Shown here in pieces: positions 31,014 to 39,308 of a stretch of DNA of 64,000 nt. Each line of letters begins with the position of its first letter. Positions within the stretch are counted from its first letter, which is position 1. The notes below the pieces were generated by a model. It saw only the letters and a program-made list of their open reading frames with translations. It did not search any database and was not told the DNA's origin. The translations under genes and the position numbers were made by a program. Source of the DNA: an uncultured Clostridia bacterium (GTDB lineage: Bacteria; Bacillota; Clostridia; Christensenellales; CAG-314); contig CALVLA010000001.1 of assembly GCA_944336125.1 (NCBI GenBank), positions 32,414 through 96,413 on the forward strand, given 5' to 3'.

Positions 31014-33356
31014 TTACTGTTGTTCCTCCGCGGTAAGCCACCATTTTTTGCCAAAAACAACTTTTCCGTTTTTAAGCAGCCACTTTTCCTCTTTTGCGCG
31101 GAGTTTTTCCGCCTCGTTTATTTTACGTTCTTTTTCCCTCAGGCACTCCGCAAGCGCACGGTTGCACGCGTTTTCAAACGCTTTAAGTTCGTTGGCTTTC
31201 TGCGCGGCAAGGTGAACGTTTTCCTCTTTGATGTCCTGTCTTTGGTCAAGGCTTTTGCCGAGTTTTTCGTTAAGCATGCCTTTTGAAATATTTTTGTTCT
31301 TTTCCGCTTCGAGACGATACTGTTCCAGCTTTTCGTCAGCTTCGGCCTGAGCTTTTTGACAAGCCTTTCTTGCGTCGTTTTTCCTGTCGTCTGCTTCCTG
31401 AATAAACAGTTCTTTTTCCACAACGGCGGCTTTGTCCAGTTCAACCACGGCGTTTTGCCTTTGCATGTCGTAATTGGCAAAATCGTTGTCAAACTTAGCG
31501 AGATTGTTTTCAAAAATTTCCAAAAGCCCTACGACAGCGTCCTTCTTTTCTCTGTCGGCTTTTGAAAAACGCTCGTCCGACATATGTTTGAACTTGTCGT
31601 ACATCTCCTCGCAGTGACTGATAAAACTTGTTAAGGCAGCGGCCTCCTCCTCATAGTTTTTTCTGAGGCGCTGTTCTTCCCTGTCAAAAATATCATTCGC
31701 CGCTTGATTTTGTGCTTCTGCTTCCTTTATTGCCGCGGCATGGTTTTCGTTTGCCGAATTTATGAGGTTTTCCACAACGTTTTTTTCGTCAGTCCTGTCC
31801 TCGCCGCATGTAGCAAGCAACAATTCAAGCGCCGAAGTCTTTCTCGAAAAAAACTCGTCCGCGGTTTTTTTGGTCTGTTCAAATTCCGCCTGCTGGAACT
31901 TACGCATAAGTTCAAGCTTTGACAAATCGTCTTCCAGCCTTCTTTTTAAAATTTCAAGCTGCTCTTGGGCAACGTCGGTATTGCGCTCCGTCCTGATTTC
32001 GTTAAGACAGTTTTCGGTTTTAGAAAGTCCTTTGACGGCAAAGGAGTAAATATCGGCATACTGCGTCTGCAAAAGATGGTGCGATTTTTCCCTTATCGTC
32101 GTTATCTCTTTGTCAGCCTTGGCCTGCCCTACTTCGGCCTGCAAATTTTGCTCGGCGTCCGCCATTATTTTTACCGACTCGACAACTTTGACGTTTTGCT
32201 GCAAGGCAAACTCTGTCAAAATTTTGTTTTTTTCTTCTTCGGCAAGTATCTTTTCGTATTTGTTTTGTGCTTCTTTTTTCTGTACGTCAAAATCATAATT
32301 GCCGCAAAATTCATCTGACAGGAGCTTGTTCATTTCATCCTGATAGAGATATTCCGTTTCGGCAAGATTTTCGGCGTTTTTACGCTGCTGCTCAAGACGG
32401 ATGTTTTGAAATTTTGCGTCACTTATGCGTTGTTCGTAGGAAACTTTGCTTTTTTCGTAAGCATACTGAGCCTCAATGCTTCTCAGCTCCTTTTGCGCGA
32501 GGGTAACTTCCTTGACGATGCGGAAAAACGCCTCGTTTCTCTTTTCGGAAAAAACCTTTTCCGCCGAAGACATTTCCTCTTTCAGGGCAGCCATTTCAGC
32601 CTCGTAGCCGCTTTTGTTAAGCGCAAGATTGCCGCGAAGAGTTTTTATCATCTGCTTGTCGGAAGAAGCCTTTATTTTTCTGTTTGTTTCCTCCTGCTCC
32701 TCGGAAAAAGCCGCCGATTTTTCACGCATTTTGACTTCAGCGGCAGCTTTTGTCTTTTCGAAATCGGCTTTTATAGTATTTTCGCTGTTTTTGTAAGTTT
32801 CGTGAAAAGATTGAATTTTCTCGTTTACCGACTGCGTCTGTCTTTCAAAATCCGCCTTTAGCTCATCCAGGCGCCTGCGAAATTCGTTTTCGGTTTTTTC
32901 GATTTCGCTTTTAAGGTCAGCGGACACACCGCCGAAACGCCTGTTTTCTTTTAGAGCGTCGGCTTTGTATTTTTTTACGACTTCAGCCTTGCTTTTTTCG
33001 CATACTGCGTTAAACTGAGCTTTTTTCTCATCGCACTCGGCAATTGTTTTTTTGAGTTCGGCCTCGGCTTTTTCTATACGCTTGTCTGTTTCCGCAATGT
33101 CATCGTCTTTTTTGACGTGAATTTTTTCGATATCCGCCTGTGTTTTATCGTCGATTTCGCAAAGCTTATCGTTTATGACAAGCAGGGATGACTGCAAGGA
33201 TTTGACAATGTTTTCGACGGCGGTTTCGTCGGCTTCCCTGAGTGACTTTTTCTTTTCGGCGGCTTTTGCCAGCTCTCCGTCAAGACGCGAACAACGGGAA
33301 GCCACATCGCTAAGATAGTTTTCGTTAAGGAAAAAGCTTAAATCGTTTTTGCACAT
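31014..33356 (-). CDS. Large K/E-rich coiled-coil protein (hypothetical)
   Basis: 780 aa with a GAGGG RBS. It is almost entirely heptad-like charged sequence with no TM helix or recognisable enzymatic motif. The C-terminus is KNGKVVFGKKWWLTAEEQQ. It starts 8 nt after the upstream gene. Confidence 0.6.
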   Translation of the reverse strand: MCKNDLSFFLNENYLSDVASRCSRLDGELAKAAEKKKSLREADETAVENIVKSLQSSLLVINDKLCEIDDKTQADIEKIHVKKDDDIAETDKRIEKAEAELKKTIAECDEKKAQFNAVCEKSKAEVVKKYKADALKENRRFGGVSADLKSEIEKTENEFRRRLDELKADFERQTQSVNEKIQSFHETYKNSENTIKADFEKTKAAAEVKMREKSAAFSEEQEETNRKIKASSDKQMIKTLRGNLALNKSGYEAEMAALKEEMSSAEKVFSEKRNEAFFRIVKEVTLAQKELRSIEAQYAYEKSKVSYEQRISDAKFQNIRLEQQRKNAENLAETEYLYQDEMNKLLSDEFCGNYDFDVQKKEAQNKYEKILAEEEKNKILTEFALQQNVKVVESVKIMADAEQNLQAEVGQAKADKEITTIREKSHHLLQTQYADIYSFAVKGLSKTENCLNEIRTERNTDVAQEQLEILKRRLEDDLSKLELMRKFQQAEFEQTKKTADEFFSRKTSALELLLATCGEDRTDEKNVVENLINSANENHAAAIKEAEAQNQAANDIFDREEQRLRKNYEEEAAALTSFISHCEEMYDKFKHMSDERFSKADREKKDAVVGLLEIFENNLAKFDNDFANYDMQRQNAVVELDKAAVVEKELFIQEADDRKNDARKACQKAQAEADEKLEQYRLEAEKNKNISKGMLNEKLGKSLDQRQDIKEENVHLAAQKANELKAFENACNRALAECLREKERKINEAEKLRAKEEKWLLKNGKVVFGKKWWLTAEEQQ

Positions 33357-33364
33357 AAAAGCCC

Positions 33365-34147
33365 TCAGTTATCCGAAAGAGATTTTTTTTCGGCCGCATC
33401 TTCTTTTTCTTTTTCTACGGCGGCGAGATACTCGTCTGTGTAAGTAGGAATAGGTTTGTGTTCAGGTAAAGCAGAAGCGAGTTCGTGGATGTTAAGTTTA
33501 ATATATTCCGCCATTTGTTGACGCTGAACTTTCATATCCTTTTCAGGGTCAAACTCCGTAGGCACGCCGACGGAAATATCATGCGGACCGATGTAGACGG
33601 GATAAAATTTCAGTCGCTTGCCTGTTTGCTTGTAGTAAAAAACCGCGACCTGAAAAATACCGTCGCTTATTTCTGCTATGTAAGGAGAAAATCTCACGGG
33701 TTTTTCACCGAAAATGACGATGTTGTCTCCCTCCGACAATGCTTTCGTCGTTTCGCGGAAAGTACCTATCATACCGCTGCCGTACTGAACGGGAATGCCT
33801 TTGACGTTTTCGAAAATAGGCACGAGAATTTTTGCGACAAATTTGGATTTAAGCATTGTCCATTTTTTATGCTTTTTGAGGTTCCCCGCAAAAAACTGCA
33901 AAAAAATGAAATCTTTTGCTTTTTCCCTGTCCATGATGTCCCCCGCAATCCATGGCCTGAACTGTCTGTCAAAATTAAGCACCATCGACATAGGTCCGAA
34001 AGCCTGTGCGTGGTTTGCCACAAATACGGCAGGTTCTCCCTCGTCAGGGGTTACGGCATAAGAGACCTTTTGCCTTTTGTGGAAAAATTTAACTACAGGA
34101 AACATTGTTTTAAAAAACAACCTTCCCTTTTGCTTCTGCTTTTTCAT
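33365..34147 (-). CDS. PlsC-family acyltransferase-like protein with degenerate catalytic motifs
   Basis: 260 aa. Motif I reads VANHAQAFGP (His kept, Asp of HxxxxD replaced). Motif III reads IVIFGEKPVR instead of FPEGTR. Confidence 0.45.
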   Translation of the reverse strand: MKKQKQKGRLFFKTMFPVVKFFHKRQKVSYAVTPDEGEPAVFVANHAQAFGPMSMVLNFDRQFRPWIAGDIMDREKAKDFIFLQFFAGNLKKHKKWTMLKSKFVAKILVPIFENVKGIPVQYGSGMIGTFRETTKALSEGDNIVIFGEKPVRFSPYIAEISDGIFQVAVFYYKQTGKRLKFYPVYIGPHDISVGVPTEFDPEKDMKVQRQQMAEYIKLNIHELASALPEHKPIPTYTDEYLAAVEKEKEDAAEKKSLSDN

Positions 34148-34183
34148 AAATCAATTTTACAACAAAAAAATATCGATGTAAAC

Positions 34184-34212
34184 AAAAAGACCCTTTTTTG
34201 AAGGGTCTTTTG
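34184..34212 (-). terminator. Rho-independent terminator after the NSS transporter gene
   Basis: Stem AAGACCCTT(34187-34195)/AAGGGTCTT(34201-34209) with a T-run on the minus strand. Confidence 0.75.
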
Positions 34213-34233
34213 ATATACCTGTTAAATTAAAGA

Positions 34234-35607
34234 TTAAATAGCAACGCCTGCCCAGCTGAGGATGCCCATTACGAAAATGAAGGCGATGAGGATAGGAGTT
34301 ACGAATTTAATGAGGAAGCCCCAAACGTCAGCCCACTTGCGCGATTTGCAGTTAAGGAGCAACTCGTCTTTGGCGTTTTGCATTCCGATTTTAGCGGCAA
34401 GGAAGATGCACATGAGAATGCCCGTTACAGGCAGGAGGATTTTGTTTGTGATGTTGTCAAACAAAGTGAGCAAGTCGGTAGGAATTACGTCGCCCTGTGA
34501 AAGAGAAACTATAATGCTGGTTACGAACACCACGCCCACGACGAGAGCAGTCGAACCTTTCCTGCCGAGTTTTGTCTTTTCTTCGACAGCAGCGATAAGA
34601 ACCTCGAGAAGCGAAATCGCACTTGTCCAAGCGGCAAAAAGGATGAGGACGAAAAACAAAACCGCGATGACGATACCGAAGCCGCCGAGAGTTTTAAACA
34701 CCGCCGGAAGAGCGACGAATACGAGACCCGTACCTTCGGTAGGAGCGATACCGGCGGAGAAAACCGCAGGTATGATAGCAAGACCGGCAAACACTGCGAC
34801 AAGTGTGTCGAAGCCGCAGATGATAGCTGCGCTTTTAGGTATGTTCTGATCCTTTTTGAGGTAGCTACCGTAAGTAACGGCGATACCCATACCTACCGAC
34901 AAGCTAAAAAAGGCTTGACCCATTGCGGCATTGAGGATATTAAGAATACCGTATTCCTCCATGCTTTCGAAGTTAGGAACGAAGAGGTATTTAAGACCTT
35001 CAAGCGCGCCGTCCATGGTAAGTGAAACGATAGCAACAAACACAAGGATAAAGAACAAAGCAGGCATAAGCACTTTTGAAACTTTTTCGATACCCTTTTG
35101 AACGCCGAAAATCAAAACAACCGCGCAAAGAGCGATAAAAATTACCGTAAATACCGATGACCAGACCGGGTCAGAGATAAAGTTGCCGAAAACCGCGCTG
35201 TAATCTCCGGTATCGTTGACGAAACCGCCGCCGCCGATGTAGCCGACAAGATATTTGACGATCCAGCCGCCTATTACGTTGTAATATGAAACGATAAGGA
35301 AAGGAGTAAAAATACACAACCAGCCTATAGGAGTGATTTTTTTCTTTTTGCCCATTTCAAACGCGTCGAGTACGTTTGCGTTTCTGTTTCTGCCGATAAC
35401 AAGTTCGAGAGTAAGCATCGAAAACCCGAGCACAGCAACCACGATGATGTAAATGATCAAAAAGATAGCTCCGCCGTACTGACCGGCAATGTAAGGAAAC
35501 CTCCAGATATTGCCGAGACCTACAGCCGAACCAACCGCAGCCATCAAAAATCCGAATTTTGAGGACCACGCGCTTCTCTTCTGACCGTTGTTAACCAAAT
35601 CTGCCAT
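34234..35607 (-). CDS. Sodium-dependent neurotransmitter:sodium symporter (NSS/SNF) family transporter
   Basis: 457 aa. The signature WSSKFGFLMAAVGSAVGLGNIWRFPY is near the N-terminus, with about 11-12 TM helices. Confidence 0.9.
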   Translation of the reverse strand: MADLVNNGQKRSAWSSKFGFLMAAVGSAVGLGNIWRFPYIAGQYGGAIFLIIYIIVVAVLGFSMLTLELVIGRNRNANVLDAFEMGKKKKITPIGWLCIFTPFLIVSYYNVIGGWIVKYLVGYIGGGGFVNDTGDYSAVFGNFISDPVWSSVFTVIFIALCAVVLIFGVQKGIEKVSKVLMPALFFILVFVAIVSLTMDGALEGLKYLFVPNFESMEEYGILNILNAAMGQAFFSLSVGMGIAVTYGSYLKKDQNIPKSAAIICGFDTLVAVFAGLAIIPAVFSAGIAPTEGTGLVFVALPAVFKTLGGFGIVIAVLFFVLILFAAWTSAISLLEVLIAAVEEKTKLGRKGSTALVVGVVFVTSIIVSLSQGDVIPTDLLTLFDNITNKILLPVTGILMCIFLAAKIGMQNAKDELLLNCKSRKWADVWGFLIKFVTPILIAFIFVMGILSWAGVAI

Positions 35608-35681
35608 AGGAACCCCTCATAAAAAGAAAATTATGAAAAAAATTATATCAAAAACGGCAAAATCCGTCAAAACAATACAAG

Positions 35682-36521
35682 TCAAAAAGACAAAAATCTC
35701 AAAAATTTTTCAAAATTTACGCCGTCATTTTTGTCAATTTTGTTTAAAAAAGCGTCTTTAACGGCAACTTCAATGAAATCCGCCGCAACGGAAACGGTTT
35801 TGGCGAGAGGAATATCGGAAGCGCAGCCGGCAGCGACAACCGAGGCAAGCATATCCCCCGTACCCGAGTAATGTCCGCCGTACATGAGGTTTTTTGTAAA
35901 ATTTTTCTTATCGCCGTCGAGTATAAAGTTGTAAACGAAATGTTTTCCCTCGTCACGCTCCACACCCGTCAGCACTACTTTTTGAGGTCCCAGTTTTTGC
36001 ACTTTTTCCGCCAGTCCGTAAAAACTTTCGAAAAAATCCTCGTCTGTAACGTTTGCTGAAAATTTTTCATAGTCTGTTTGAGTAAGCAGGCATGCTTCTG
36101 TAAAGTTTGGCGTTACGGCGTATGCTTTTTTCACAAGGCCTTTTACCTTTTCGCACAGCTTGTCGTCAAAAGTGGCGTACATCTGACCGCCGTCCCCCAT
36201 TACAGGGTCGACCACGAGTTTGCAACCTTTTTTGCCGCAGTTTTCAACAATGTTGTCAATCTGATCTGCTTGCTTTTCGTTGGCAAGAAAGCCGCTGTAA
36301 ACCACGTCGAAAGCAATTTTGTTTTTAATCCACTTTCCGACGTACTCGTCCATGTGGTCGGTAAAGTCAAAAAACGAAAACTCGCTATATCCCGTCTGAT
36401 TGCTCAAAATCGCGGTAGGTACCGGATATGCCGTATGTCCCAACACGCTCAGCACCGGGAGAGAAACCGTAAGCGAACACCTGCCCATGCCTGACAAATC
36501 GTTAATTACCGCTATTTTCAT
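35682..36521 (-). CDS. pdxK: Pyridoxal/pyridoxamine kinase family protein (PdxK/PdxY-type ribokinase fold)
   Basis: 279 aa with INDLSGMGRCSLTVSLPVLS, VVDPVMGDGG and YSGTGDMLAS blocks. GAGGA RBS. The ATG at 36521 lies 20 nt inside the upstream S-component gene. Confidence 0.75.
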   Translation of the reverse strand: MKIAVINDLSGMGRCSLTVSLPVLSVLGHTAYPVPTAILSNQTGYSEFSFFDFTDHMDEYVGKWIKNKIAFDVVYSGFLANEKQADQIDNIVENCGKKGCKLVVDPVMGDGGQMYATFDDKLCEKVKGLVKKAYAVTPNFTEACLLTQTDYEKFSANVTDEDFFESFYGLAEKVQKLGPQKVVLTGVERDEGKHFVYNFILDGDKKNFTKNLMYGGHYSGTGDMLASVVAAGCASDIPLAKTVSVAADFIEVAVKDAFLNKIDKNDGVNFEKFLRFLSF

Positions 36522-37116
36522 TTTTGTCCTCGTTTTCTTCGGAATGAGTAGTTATTGTATCCGACGCATTGACTGCAAGGCGTTCAATGGTGAGCAACGA
36601 GTTTATTGCCCTTATCTTTTTGAAAGCCGATGCCAAAGCCACGCCCAGCACAAGTCCGACGCCGCCTTGAATAGCGTTAAACACAAGACCTGCCGCGGCA
36701 ACGCCCCAGCCGAACATAAAGCCTTCGGCAGTAAAGTAGCCGAACACCATGATAAGCGCGCCCACAAAAGCCGAAATCAAAAAGTTGACGACCGTGTTGA
36801 ATTTGCATTTTCTGAAAACCTTAAACAATATTGCCGCAACAAAACCTTCCAAACCTTTTATGATAAGCGTAGGCAAAACGTAAGGAACAAATCCCGAAAC
36901 AAGGTCGGCAAGCGCGCTTCCTACGCCCCCTGCTATCAAAGCAAAAAACGGGTCGAACATAAACGCGCACACAAAAATTATGGTATCCCCTACGTTAATG
37001 TATCCCTGACCTGAAGGACTTGGGATTTTAATGATATAGGTAGCAACGGTTACCAAAGCGGTAAACAAAGCCAAAAACGCAATGCGCTTTGAAGAAAAGT
37101 AGTCTTTTGCTTTCAT
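36502..37116 (-). CDS. ribU: ECF transporter S component, riboflavin type (RibU-like)
   Basis: Trimmed to ATG 37116 (GGAGG RBS). It has about 5-6 TM helices and the GYINVGDTIIF and GGVGSALADL blocks of riboflavin-type S components. An FMN riboswitch lies immediately upstream. Confidence 0.75.
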   Translation of the reverse strand: MKAKDYFSSKRIAFLALFTALVTVATYIIKIPSPSGQGYINVGDTIIFVCAFMFDPFFALIAGGVGSALADLVSGFVPYVLPTLIIKGLEGFVAAILFKVFRKCKFNTVVNFLISAFVGALIMVFGYFTAEGFMFGWGVAAAGLVFNAIQGGVGLVLGVALASAFKKIRAINSLLTIERLAVNASDTITTHSEENEDKNENSGN

Positions 37117-37149
37117 AAAAACCTCCAAACAAAAAAACTTCCCGAACAG

Positions 37150-37317
37150 GGAAGTCAAAAGCGAAAGACCGCCGACGTAATCGGCGAAAAAACATTCTTT
37201 CCCATTCAGACTTTACTGGCGGTCGCGGAATCTCACCGCGTCGGCTGTTGGGGCTGTTGGACTTGTCCGTTCAAAGACGGCATTACCACCGGTCGGGTTT
37301 ACCCTGCCCAAAGAATT
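37150..37317 (-). promoter_or_regulatory. FMN riboswitch (RFN element) with expression platform
   Basis: The minus strand (37317 to 37194) reads AUUCUUUGGGCAGGGUAAACCCGACCGGUGGUAAUG...CGCGGUGAGAUUCCGCGACCGCCAGUAAAGUCUGAAUGGGAAAGAAU. This matches the RFN core (GGGCAGGGUGAAAUUCCCGACCGGCGGUA ... GCCGACAGUGAAAGUCUGGAUGGGAGAAG) with P1 AUUCUUU/AAAGAAU. A hairpin CGCCGA-uuac-GUCGGCG plus a U-rich tract follows. Confidence 0.85.
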
Positions 37318-37334
37318 ATGATTAAGTTGGGAAG

Positions 37335-37363
37335 ATAATAGCACCGCCGCAAAATAAAGTCAA
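37335..37363 (-). promoter_or_regulatory. Sigma-A-type promoter of the riboswitch-ribU-pdxK unit
   Basis: On the minus strand, TTGACT (37363-37358), a 17-nt spacer, TATTAT (37340-37335). Confidence 0.55.
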
Positions 37364-37382
37364 TACAAAAGACGGCAAAAGT

Positions 37383-37420
37383 TTGACAAAAATCAAAAAA
37401 AATGTTAGAGTGGCTCTAAC
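37383..37420 (+). promoter_or_regulatory. Promoter of the CDF gene with an overlapping palindromic operator candidate
   Basis: TTGACA (37383-37388), a 17-nt spacer, extended -10 TGTTAGAGT (37403-37411). The perfect inverted repeat GTTAGAG-tgg-CTCTAAC (37404-37420) overlaps the -10 and the start site. Confidence 0.5.
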
Positions 37421-37500
37421 AAAAGCTGACAGATAAAATCGGGCAAAAGCAGCAGTAAACCTGCGGGACAGCTAAAAGACTGGACCCGCATTTTTTTTAG
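37421..37500 (+). promoter_or_regulatory. Candidate NiCo (czcD-motif) metal riboswitch with intrinsic terminator
   Basis: The leader reads GCUGACAG-AUAAAAU-CGGGC-AAAA-GCAGC-AGUAAAC-CUGCGGGACAG-CUAAAAGA-CUGGA. This is the same order of conserved blocks (ACAG, YGGGC, GCAGC, CUGCGGGACAG, ACUGGA) that I recall for the czcD motif. The terminator UGCGGG...CCCGCA plus U8 (37462-37498) shares the GGGACAG block. A CDF exporter lies directly downstream. Confidence 0.5.
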
Positions 37501-37511
37501 ACGGAGAAGAT

Positions 37512-38393
37512 ATGGAAAGGAAAATTGACAGACAAAAAACGGCGATGAAAGTATCGTGGATCACGATAGCCGTAAACTTCGTTTTGTCGGCGTTCAAACT
37601 GGCGGCAGGCATAATAGCCAAATCGGGAGCCATGGTGTCAGACGCGGTGCACTCGGCGTCAGACGTACTAAGCACTTTTGTCGTTATGGCGGGAGTAAAA
37701 ATTTCAGGTAAAAAGGCAGACGACAGCCATCCGTACGGACACGAAAGGATGGAGTGCGTCGCGTCGATATTTCTTGCGGCGATACTTACCGTTACCGGCA
37801 TAGGAATAGGCATCAGCGGAATAAGCAAAATCACGGGAGGCGGAGAACTGACGGTACCGGGAGTACTTGCCCTTGTAGCGGCCGCGATATCTATAATGGT
37901 AAAGGAATTAATGTTTTGGTACACCAGACACTACGCCAAAAAGCTCAATTCCGGAGCGCTCATGGCAGACGCATGGCACCACCGTTCCGACGCGCTGTCA
38001 TCGGTAGGCAGCCTTATCGGTATAGGCGGCGCGCTTTTGGGAGTTCCTATTCTCGACCCAATCGCATCGGTAGTTATCTGCCTGTTTATCATCAAAGCGG
38101 CGTTTGACATAGCAAAAGACGCATTTGACAAAATGGTAGATAAGTCGTGCGACAGCGACACCGTTGAAAAAATGAAAGAATCGGTTTTGCAGGTAGAAGG
38201 GGTAAAACGCGTAGACGACATAAAGACCAGACTTTTCGGGGACAGGATTTATATCGAGGCAGAAATAAGCTGCGACGGAAATTTGACCTTGTATAAATCT
38301 CACGATATTGCGGAACAGGTTCACGATAAATTGGAGGAAGCGTTTCCTGCGGTAAAGCACTGCACCGTGCACATAAATCCTTTTGAAGAATAA
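37512..38393 (+). CDS. Cation diffusion facilitator (CzcD-like) divalent-metal exporter
   Basis: 293 aa with 6 TM helices, metal-site motifs VSDAVHSASD and MADAWHHRSD, and a C-terminal cytoplasmic domain. Confidence 0.9.
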   Translation: MERKIDRQKTAMKVSWITIAVNFVLSAFKLAAGIIAKSGAMVSDAVHSASDVLSTFVVMAGVKISGKKADDSHPYGHERMECVASIFLAAILTVTGIGIGISGISKITGGGELTVPGVLALVAAAISIMVKELMFWYTRHYAKKLNSGALMADAWHHRSDALSSVGSLIGIGGALLGVPILDPIASVVICLFIIKAAFDIAKDAFDKMVDKSCDSDTVEKMKESVLQVEGVKRVDDIKTRLFGDRIYIEAEISCDGNLTLYKSHDIAEQVHDKLEEAFPAVKHCTVHINPFEE

Positions 38394-38395
38394 AA

Positions 38396-38427
38396 ATTAA
38401 AAGCGGCTGTACAGCCGCTTTTTTTAT
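38396..38427. terminator. Bidirectional terminator between the CDF and thioesterase genes
   Basis: Stem AAGCGGCTG/CAGCCGCTT (38401-38420) with flanking A and T runs. Confidence 0.8.
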
Positions 38428-38430
38428 TTA

Positions 38431-39177
38431 TTAAATGTTTTTTACCAATCTGACTCTTGCTTCAAAGCACTTTCCGCGAGGGTGTTCGCCGCGGAAGTAA
38501 AAAATTCCGTCTTTCTGCCCTCTGAAAATTTTAAGCGTTTCGTTTTCGTACGCCTCTGCGATAAAAGAAATATCAGCCTCGGAAACTCTCATGCCCTTCA
38601 TGTCAGGCAAAAAGTCAGTGACGATGTCGCCGTAAACCCAGTTTGTAAGGTGACCGTTAGGGTCTATCTGAGTGTATCTGACCTTCATTTCCCCCACAGG
38701 CTCAAGCTCGGGCAAATGCATTTTGTCAAGACGCGAGGTGTCCACGTTGTCGGTAAGACATGCTTCAATCGGAAGATTTGCTTCCGAAGGTCTTTTCATT
38801 TTGTGAGTTTCGGGATCAATGACAACCCAGCTGGAACCTGCTTCGGCAAGCACCGTGCCCTTTTTGTCTTTTATTACGAAATCCCTGAAATACTGTACGC
38901 CTTTTTCCCCTTTGTGCCAGGTAGTAAGTTCGATCTGCTCGTTAAGCTTTACGGGATGAAAAATGTTTATGCTGAGCTTGACAAGCACGAAGCACACGCC
39001 GTATTTGTTTCTGAGAGTATTGTAATCACAGCCGAAATTTATGCAATGTTGGTCGGCAGCGTCCTGAAACAGCTTCTGAAGCGACGAAATTTTAATATTC
39101 TGTTGTCTGTCGCAATCGTAGGACAAAACCGTATACGATTGAGTAATTTTTTTGTCGTGATAAACCGAATGTGTCAT
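38431..39177 (-). CDS. Acyl-ACP thioesterase
   Basis: 248 aa double hot-dog protein with an N-terminus typical of bacterial FatA/B-like acyl-ACP thioesterases (YTVLSYDCD...). Confidence 0.8.
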   Translation of the reverse strand: MTHSVYHDKKITQSYTVLSYDCDRQQNIKISSLQKLFQDAADQHCINFGCDYNTLRNKYGVCFVLVKLSINIFHPVKLNEQIELTTWHKGEKGVQYFRDFVIKDKKGTVLAEAGSSWVVIDPETHKMKRPSEANLPIEACLTDNVDTSRLDKMHLPELEPVGEMKVRYTQIDPNGHLTNWVYGDIVTDFLPDMKGMRVSEADISFIAEAYENETLKIFRGQKDGIFYFRGEHPRGKCFEARVRLVKNI

Positions 39178-39308
39178 AAAAAAGCACCTCAGCAGACATT
39201 ATGATACAAAACGGCACATTTGTAAATAAATTTAAACGGAATATCGAGAAGAATTGACACAAACGCGTGTTTGGCGGTATAAATAAAGTAACAAATTATG
39301 GAGAAATT

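Noticed and set aside
39254-39283. A small inverted repeat, CAAAC-gcgt-GTTTG, inside the typA promoter spacer (TTGACA-18-TATAAA).
   Set aside because: The arms are only 5 bp, which is below what I would call an operator without comparative support.
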